Source of the DNA: Candidatus Hydrothermarchaeum profundi
GTDB lineage: Archaea; Hydrothermarchaeota; Hydrothermarchaeia; Hydrothermarchaeales; Hydrothermarchaeaceae
Assembly (NCBI GenBank): GCA_002011125.2
Contig: MTMF02000009.1
Span: 776,989-840,988, forward strand
DNA length: 64,000 nt
Direction of reading: 5' to 3'
Position 1 is the stretch's first letter. Each line of letters begins with the position of its first letter. This document shows positions 57,516-64,000 of this stretch, piece after piece. The notes beneath the pieces were generated by a model. It saw nothing but the letters and a program-made list of their open reading frames with translations. It searched no databases and was not told where the DNA came from. The translations under genes and the position numbers were made by a program.

Positions 57516-58982
57516 TTACCCAGTTTTCCATTTTATTTTAAGCAGAGTTGCAGTTGCGTTGTTTTGCATAGATATTTTAATGATTTCTAATTCGCTACAA
57601 TTTATAAAAGGAAACATTCTTTCTCCTGTGCTATTCACGATTAGTAAGTAGTTTATGTTATTGTTTAACATTATTTTTTTAGCATTTGTGAAGTTGCTTT
57701 CCTTCATAAGTTTATTAAACAAATCTTTGTTTTGAGTCCATTTTTTTGTATCAGTCAAATCGCTAAGAAAAGTGCTTGCGTTTGAGTAATAAGCTATCGC
57801 ATGGCCTATGTTGGGGTTATTAGTTAGAATTAGATCCTTATCTGTTAATTCAGCGCCTAAAAGGACTTCTTGAACCACAGAGACGTATTTATCAACCTTT
57901 TCTCCATGCATCTCATACGTCATGAGGAGATTTAAAGAGATTAAAGATAAAAAAATAAAGAGGGATAGAGGCATCCCATAACTTATACCTTGTTTGGTTT
58001 TTAATTTATAGATAGAGTATAATGACGTGGCGATCAAAATACAAATCATAAAAACGAAAAGTACAAATAAATTAGCTTTGAAAAAAATCAGACTCAGAGA
58101 AAGAGACGAAAATAGAGCTAGTTGAGTGTTTTTTTTGAAGAAAATGTAAATGCCGTGGAGTATTAATGGAAAATTTGTTAGGTTGAATACGGAGAAATAA
58201 AATAGTAGCACGGAAAAAGCCCACCAAATGTCTACTGATGGGACTTCTCTAAGGGGGGAGATTAGCGGTTTATATTCGGAAGTATATCCGAGGGAAAAGT
58301 TGAGGTAGGGTATAAACCGGGAGTAATATAACGCTGCTATAATAATCGGAATAATTAGGGTTATGAGTATATTCTTTAAATATTTCTTGTCTTTTACACT
58401 TAGAGAGGATACTATGATAAAAACTAAAACTATTATCACAGAGCTATGAGCAAGAAAGTATATAATTTCTATAATCGACGCTACGATTCCCCATTTTATA
58501 TTATCTTTCAGCTTATACAGGGAGTATACAAGGGCAATTGCTAATAGTATCGATAATCCTATCGGTCGAGCCCAAAGTCCTGCTCGTAGTAGAATTACTG
58601 GAGTAACCGAAAATATGGTAGCCGAAATAATGCCAATGTGTCTATTTAGCGTACGACCTAGGCAATACACGAATAAGAGTGCTATAATACCAAATAAGAC
58701 GTTTAATAGACTTCCTATTGTAATATAATCAAACGTAGGGAAAATAAACTTCCCTATCGCAATCCATATGTGGTAAGCAGGAGGATAATAATATGGGATA
58801 CCCCCCAGCTCCTGAGTATCCCATTCGGGAATATTGTAATCCTCATATATACCCTTAGCTATTCTTGCGTGATAAAAGGCATCATAGTCTAAGAGGATAG
58901 GAGAAAAATTTGAGAGCCATATCCTCATAAAAAGAGATATTAAAATTATAAGTAGGAGTGCGAAGCAATTGATTCGCTTCAT
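57516..58982 (-). CDS. GT-C fold membrane glycosyltransferase (STT3/AglB-like, divergent)
   Basis: DYDAFYHAR and YYYPP.YH motifs, about 11 TM helices, soluble C-terminal domain. Confidence 0.7.
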   Translation of the reverse strand: MKRINCFALLLIILISLFMRIWLSNFSPILLDYDAFYHARIAKGIYEDYNIPEWDTQELGGIPYYYPPAYHIWIAIGKFIFPTFDYITIGSLLNVLFGIIALLFVYCLGRTLNRHIGIISATIFSVTPVILLRAGLWARPIGLSILLAIALVYSLYKLKDNIKWGIVASIIEIIYFLAHSSVIIVLVFIIVSSLSVKDKKYLKNILITLIIPIIIAALYYSRFIPYLNFSLGYTSEYKPLISPLREVPSVDIWWAFSVLLFYFSVFNLTNFPLILHGIYIFFKKNTQLALFSSLSLSLIFFKANLFVLFVFMICILIATSLYSIYKLKTKQGISYGMPLSLFIFLSLISLNLLMTYEMHGEKVDKYVSVVQEVLLGAELTDKDLILTNNPNIGHAIAYYSNASTFLSDLTDTKKWTQNKDLFNKLMKESNFTNAKKIMLNNNINYLLIVNSTGERMFPFINCSELEIIKISMQNNATATLLKIKWKTG

Positions 58983-59087
58983 ACTACTTTATTTTTAAAA
59001 AGATTATATAAAATGGTCTATACTTCTTTTACAAAAAATATTTTTTCTTATCTTAACCGCATTTATAAAAGCTTTTCATATTTTCAT

Positions 59088-59792
59088 TTATGCCAGTATC
59101 CTTTCTCTGACTTCTCTGTAAAATTCGAGCACATTACCTAGATCCTTCCTGAACCTATCTTTATCTAGTATCTCTTTTGTTGTAGCATCCCAAAATCGGC
59201 ATGTATCTGGGGAGATTTCATCTGCTAGAAGGAGATTTCCTTCTTTATCCTTCCCGAATTCCAGTTTGAAGTCTACTAGTATTATCCCCTTGTCTTTAAG
59301 AAATTCTGTTAGTATATCATTAACTTTTAGAGTTATCTCTCTCATTTTATCTAACTCTTCTTTTTTTTCTACGGCGCCAAGGGCAATTGCTATCTCGTCG
59401 TTAACCATAGGGTCATGGTACTTGTCATCTTTATATCCAAACTCCACTATCGGTGGCGAGAGTTCTTGCCCTTCTTTAAAAGGATACCTCCTTATCAGAC
59501 TGCCAGTAGCAATGTTTCGACAGATTACTTCTAAGGGTATTATCCTAACTTTCTTTACAAGATGTTTATTTGGAGGTTGAAATTCGATGAAGTGAGTATC
59601 AATACCTTTTTCTTTTAGGATTTCAAAAAACTTAGCTGAGATCTCTGCGTTTAGGGCTCCTTTACCTGCTTTTGTATCTTTCTTTGCCCCATCCCCAGCA
59701 GTTAGGTCATCTCTAAATTCTATCAAATATGTATCCTCGTCTCTCTCATAAACACTTTTTGCTTTCCCCTTGTATAAGAGCTTCATGTTCAA
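59088..59792 (-). CDS. purC: SAICAR synthetase
   Basis: YKGKAK, IPLEVICRN, LVDFKLEFG and DEISPD motifs. Confidence 0.97.
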   Translation of the reverse strand: MNMKLLYKGKAKSVYERDEDTYLIEFRDDLTAGDGAKKDTKAGKGALNAEISAKFFEILKEKGIDTHFIEFQPPNKHLVKKVRIIPLEVICRNIATGSLIRRYPFKEGQELSPPIVEFGYKDDKYHDPMVNDEIAIALGAVEKKEELDKMREITLKVNDILTEFLKDKGIILVDFKLEFGKDKEGNLLLADEISPDTCRFWDATTKEILDKDRFRKDLGNVLEFYREVRERILA

Positions 59793-59842
59793 TGGTTTAT
59801 TGGAATCTAATAAATATTTTTCTAGTTTAATACAATAATTTT

Positions 59843-59876
59843 TTATTAGGTTATCCTAATTAGGTAAACCTAATAA
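59843..59876. promoter_or_regulatory. Tandem DtxR/IdeR-type operator boxes
   Basis: TTAGGTTATCCTAA and TTAGGTAAACCTAA form a 34-bp near-palindrome upstream of iron-uptake genes. Confidence 0.8.
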
Positions 59877-59890
59877 TGAGGTGATGATAA

Positions 59891-60742
59891 GTGATTGCAA
59901 GTTTCATAATAACACTTAGAGAAGGACTTGAAGCTGCTTTAATAATAGGAGTATTGGCCGCTTACTTAGCGAAAATTGGTCGAAGAGACCTTAACAAGTA
60001 CATATACATGGGTACGGGATTAGCGGTCATGGCGAGTATAGTAGTAGCAGGGATATTTGCACTGGTTTATGGAGGATTAAGCGGGGAAGCTGGGGAACTC
60101 TTTGAAGGAATAGCAACTCTTTCAGCTTCTGCGGTTCTAACATACATGATTTTTTGGATGGCTAAACATTCAAAAGAAATAAAAGGAGAATTACAGAGAA
60201 AAGTTGACATAGCTATTTCCACAGGAGCTGTTGCGGGACTAGTCGGAGTAGCATTCATATCAGTGTTCAGAGAAGGAGTTGAAACCGTTTTATTCCTTGG
60301 TGCGATAGCTTTCCAAGACCCTATAGGGACTTTTACAGGATTAATTCTTGGAGTAGCTGTGGCGGTAGGCTTTGCTGTCATGATGTTTAAGGGAGTCTAT
60401 AGGCTCGATATAAGAAAGTTCTTCAAGTATACCAGCATTATATTAATAGTATTTGCAGCAGGACTTACGGCATATGGTGTGCACGAGCTTAATGAAGCAG
60501 GGGTCATCCCCCCAGTGATTGAACATGTTTGGGATATAAATCCCCCTATAAATCCTGATGGAACCTATCCACTGCTACATGAAAAAGGAGCTATTGGTTC
60601 GATTTTAAAATCTCTCTTTGGGTACAATGGGAATCCCTCTCTGACAGAAGTACTTGCCTACCTAGGATACTGGCTCATCATCGGTACTTATGTGATGCGC
60701 TCGTACAAGTATAGTGAAAAAGAAGCTCTAGCTCCGGCATAA
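59891..60742 (+). CDS. FTR1/EfeU-family iron permease
   Basis: Two RExxE motifs (REGLE, REGVE). Confidence 0.93.
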   Translation: MIASFIITLREGLEAALIIGVLAAYLAKIGRRDLNKYIYMGTGLAVMASIVVAGIFALVYGGLSGEAGELFEGIATLSASAVLTYMIFWMAKHSKEIKGELQRKVDIAISTGAVAGLVGVAFISVFREGVETVLFLGAIAFQDPIGTFTGLILGVAVAVGFAVMMFKGVYRLDIRKFFKYTSIILIVFAAGLTAYGVHELNEAGVIPPVIEHVWDINPPINPDGTYPLLHEKGAIGSILKSLFGYNGNPSLTEVLAYLGYWLIIGTYVMRSYKYSEKEALAPA

Positions 60743-60819
60743 TAAAACTAGAAAGAGGAGTCTCCTAAGGCTCCTCAAAGCTTCTATTACATATAGGTTA
60801 ATGGAGAGGAGAGATATTC

Positions 60820-62784
60820 GTGCATCAACACCATAAAGAAGTCATTAAGATAGGGAAAAAAATAGTGCTAGTTGGAAACCCAAATGTTGGTAAAAGCGTG
60901 ATTTTCAGTCTTCTCACTGGAAGATATGTTACTGTTTCTAATTACCCTGGCACCACAGTAGAGCTGGCCCAGGGGTATGCGAAATTTGATAGAGAGATTT
61001 TGATTATTGATACTCCTGGAGTAAATAACCTAATACCGATGTCTGAGGATGAGAAGGTCACGAGGGATATATTACTTAATGAGGAGATTGAAGGGGTTGT
61101 CCAGGTCATAGATGCTAAGAATCTTAGGCGCGGACTTCTAATAACTCTCCAACTATCTGAGATGGGTTTACCTTTTATAATAAACTTGAATATGGAGGAT
61201 GAAGCGAGGAGTAGGGGTATTTTTATTGATTACAAGAAGCTCGAAGAAATCCTTGGAGTAAAAGTAGTTCCAACTATAGCTACCCAGAGAAAAGGGATTA
61301 GTAGCCTTATAAGCGGCATATCTTATTTAAAAAAATCAAAAGTAAAACCTGAATATAGTGCAGATATTGAAGATGCTATCTCTGAGATTGAGGAAATATT
61401 ACCTGAAACTAGAATCTCCAAGAGAAGTTTAGCTGTGATGCTATTAGCAGGTGATGAAAGTCTCCGCAGCTGGCTTCATAGGAATCTGGATTCAAAGGAA
61501 ATAAGTAAGATAGAGGAGATTAGGAATAAGACTCAGAGGGTGTATCCAGATCCTCTGGGTCATTTAATCAATACCCAGCGTATAAGCCAAGCTGACAAAA
61601 TCCTTAAGAGAGTAGTCACAACGACTAAAGTAAAAAGAGAGACATTTTCTCAAAGGATTGGAAACGCCTGTATGCATCCCCTCTGGGGCATACCAATCTT
61701 GTTTATAGTATTGTTTTTGATGTATAAGTTTGTTGGTGAATTTGGAGCTGGTGTATTAGTTGATTTTCTAGAGTCCGTAGTTTTCGGGAGATATCTTAAC
61801 CCGATCTCAATTAGCGTTGTGGAGAAACTAATACCGGTTAAAATAATACAGGAAGTTCTTGTTGGAGAGTACGGGATCATCACCATGGCTTTAACTTATT
61901 CCATAGCCATAGTTCTTCCAATTGTTGGGACCTTTTTTTTGGCGTTTGGAGTATTGGAGGACTCAGGATATTTGCCTAGGCTTGCTATCATGGTAAATAA
62001 AATTTTCAAGTTAATGGGCTTGAATGGTAAAGCTGTTCTCCCAATGGTTTTAGGCCTGGGATGTGATACGATGGCAACCCTGACAACTAGGATTTTGGAA
62101 ACAAGAAAAGAGAGAATAATTGTTACACTTTTACTAGCGCTGGGGGTACCCTGCTCTGCGCAGCTTGGTGTAATCCTAGGAATGCTTTCAAGCCTTTCAG
62201 GAGCCGCTGCGCTAATATGGGGAGGAGTAGTGATAAGTGTAATATTCTTTGTGGGAATGCTAGCGAGCTACATTGTTCCAGGAGAGAGGTCGGATTTTAT
62301 TCTTGAACTTCCTCCTATAAGAGTTCCTCAGTTTTCTAACATAATGGTTAAGACATTGGCGAGAATAGAATGGTATCTTAGAGAAGCTGTCCCGCTTTTT
62401 GTATTGGGCACTTTGGTACTATTTGTTTCTGATAAGATGGGCCTACTAGGATTGCTAGAGGAAGTTGCGTCTCCGGTGGTGGTAGGATTTCTTGGGTTGC
62501 CGGTTAAGGCTACTGAGGCATTCCTAGTGGGATTTTTAAGAAGGGATTATGGTGCGGCAGGGCTCTTTGCTTTAGCAAGAGAAGGCGCTCTGGACCCGAT
62601 TCAAATGGTCGTTAGTTTGGTAGTTATAACGCTATTTGTCCCGTGTATAGCTAACTTTTTGATTATTATAAAAGAAAGAGGATTAAAGACAGCACTAGCC
62701 ATCGTTTCCTTCATATTTCCCTTTGCATTCATAGTCGGAGGGATATTGAATTTCATACTCCGCTATCTCGGAGTAAAATTATAG
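60820..62784 (+). CDS. feoB: Ferrous iron transporter B
   Basis: GNPNVGKS, NYPGTTV, DTPG, LEDSGYL.R and PCSA motifs. Confidence 0.96.
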   Translation: MHQHHKEVIKIGKKIVLVGNPNVGKSVIFSLLTGRYVTVSNYPGTTVELAQGYAKFDREILIIDTPGVNNLIPMSEDEKVTRDILLNEEIEGVVQVIDAKNLRRGLLITLQLSEMGLPFIINLNMEDEARSRGIFIDYKKLEEILGVKVVPTIATQRKGISSLISGISYLKKSKVKPEYSADIEDAISEIEEILPETRISKRSLAVMLLAGDESLRSWLHRNLDSKEISKIEEIRNKTQRVYPDPLGHLINTQRISQADKILKRVVTTTKVKRETFSQRIGNACMHPLWGIPILFIVLFLMYKFVGEFGAGVLVDFLESVVFGRYLNPISISVVEKLIPVKIIQEVLVGEYGIITMALTYSIAIVLPIVGTFFLAFGVLEDSGYLPRLAIMVNKIFKLMGLNGKAVLPMVLGLGCDTMATLTTRILETRKERIIVTLLLALGVPCSAQLGVILGMLSSLSGAAALIWGGVVISVIFFVGMLASYIVPGERSDFILELPPIRVPQFSNIMVKTLARIEWYLREAVPLFVLGTLVLFVSDKMGLLGLLEEVASPVVVGFLGLPVKATEAFLVGFLRRDYGAAGLFALAREGALDPIQMVVSLVVITLFVPCIANFLIIIKERGLKTALAIVSFIFPFAFIVGGILNFILRYLGVKL

Positions 62785-62797
62785 GTAGGGATGTAAA

Positions 62798-62962
62798 ATG
62801 AAGTGTGAACTATGCGGTAATGAATTTGATGAGAATAAAGTCACCTATTGCAAGGGGTGCATGTATTCGAATTGTAGAATGATTTGTTGCCCTTACTGCA
62901 GGTATCAATACGTAGGAGAATCTAAAATTGTAAGTATAATAAGGAGGATATTAAAGTGGTGA
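62798..62962 (+). CDS. FeoB-associated Cys-rich small protein (54 aa)
   Basis: MKCELC...CKGC...C...CCPYC; lies between feoB and the DtxR gene; below the ORF-track cutoff. Confidence 0.75.
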   Translation: MKCELCGNEFDENKVTYCKGCMYSNCRMICCPYCRYQYVGESKIVSIIRRILKW

Positions 62963-63639
62963 GGATGAAGAGCAGGGAAATTGATGAAACTCGGATCGAG
63001 GAAATATTAGAACTCTTATGGACGATGAGGGAGAAAGGAACAGTACTCTTAGAGGATATTATAAAGGCATCTGATGAAGAATGTCCTGAAGATATTTTAG
63101 AAGAAATAGAGAAAAAAGGCTTAATAGTAGTAAGAGAGGGCAGAGTTAGACTTGTTGATGAAGGTGAAAAGAAAGCTGAGGAAATAGTAAGACGGCATCG
63201 TCTTGCAGAAGTACTTCTCTCAGAGGTATTTGAGCTTGAGGAAAAATATGCTCATTCAGAGGCTTGTAAGTTTGAGCACATTTTAAGCCCGGAGGTAACT
63301 GATAGTGTTTGTACTTTTTTAGGACATCCACCTGCATGTCCTCATGGAAATCCAATACCTAGGGGTAACTGTTGCAGTAAGTTTGAAAGAGAGGTTAAGC
63401 CTCTCGTAGTGCCTCTTAGAGAATTAAGCCCAGGGGATGAGGGAAGAATAGTGTTTATTGTACCTAAGGATCATACTAGATTGGATAAGCTAGGCACATT
63501 AGGAGTGACTCCCGGTAGCATTATAAAGTTACATCAGAAGAGGCCGTCATATGTTATAAAAATTGGAGAAACAGAGTTGGCTGTAGAAGATGATATAGCA
63601 AAGGATATATACGTAAAAAAGATTGAAGGTCAAAAATGA
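62956..63639 (+). CDS. DtxR-family metalloregulator with C-terminal FeoA domain
   Basis: RRHRLAE, ACKFEH and CPHGNPIP motifs; LGVTPG FeoA segment. Confidence 0.9.
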   Translation: MVRMKSREIDETRIEEILELLWTMREKGTVLLEDIIKASDEECPEDILEEIEKKGLIVVREGRVRLVDEGEKKAEEIVRRHRLAEVLLSEVFELEEKYAHSEACKFEHILSPEVTDSVCTFLGHPPACPHGNPIPRGNCCSKFEREVKPLVVPLRELSPGDEGRIVFIVPKDHTRLDKLGTLGVTPGSIIKLHQKRPSYVIKIGETELAVEDDIAKDIYVKKIEGQK

Positions 63640-64000
63640 AGGTTTCCGAAAACATCCAAGAGTATCTTGAGATTTTATGGATATTTGAAGAGGAGGGAAA
63701 AAAACCCGCAAAGATAAACGAGATAGCTAATGGCTTAAATATTGCTGCACCTAGTGCCGTTGAGATGCTGAGAAAGATGGCGGATGAGGGATTTGTTGTT
63801 TATGAAGCTAGAAAAGGTATCACCTTAACTAAAAAAGGAAGAGAAATCGCAAGGCAGATAATTAGAAACCATAGGCTTTCTGAGCTTCTGCTTACGAAGG
63901 TTATCAGGACCAAGATAGACGAGGACGCTGTATGCGGATTTGAACATCATATTTCAGAGGAGATCGCTGATGCCGTGTGCACTATCCTAAATCATCCTAA
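63636..64000 (+). CDS. Second DtxR/MntR-family regulator, truncated by the window end
   Basis: ENIQEYLE.L, PSAVEML, RNHRL.E and CGFEH motifs. Confidence 0.88.
   Translation, partial: MKVSENIQEYLEILWIFEEEGKKPAKINEIANGLNIAAPSAVEMLRKMADEGFVVYEARKGITLTKKGREIARQIIRNHRLSELLLTKVIRTKIDEDAVCGFEHHISEEIADAVCTILNHP

Noticed and set aside
1-64000. CTAG appears frequent rather than avoided
   Set aside because: Spot counts were near or only modestly above expectation; a proper tetranucleotide analysis is required

Overview
Archaeal chromosomal segment, about 40% GC by eye. Shine-Dalgarno motifs (GGAGGTGA), a thermosome, Hef, DUF361/DUF515 pilus genes and a long HisG point to a thermophilic euryarchaeote-like lineage such as Ca. 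Hydrothermarchaeota; this is inference only. From left to right: (1) a compact type III-derived CRISPR-Cas locus (2.5-12.6 kb) with an HD-intact but GGDD-less Cas10, one Cas5-like, one Cas11-like and a single Csm3-like Cas7, followed by cas6-cas1-cas2-cas4 and a 34-repeat array. A stand-alone CARF gene is divergent from it, a toxin-antitoxin pair splits off the array's trailer end, and degenerate repeats there may form a regulatory mini-array. (2) A VapBC-flanked heavy-metal island. (3) tmk, transporters, molybdenum-cofactor genes and a catalytically degenerate thermosome paralog. (4) A decaying defence island (HEPN, DpnI-like and HNH pseudogenes, ATPase-nuclease, TcmP plus SplB-like radical SAM pair, thermonuclease). 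(5) hef, inositol/lipid genes, a peptide ABC transporter and hisG. (6) An archaeal Tad-like type IV pilus locus with a tandem double ATPase. (7) purC and an iron-uptake cluster with a double DtxR-type operator. All calls come from motif recognition by eye; no database searches were run.
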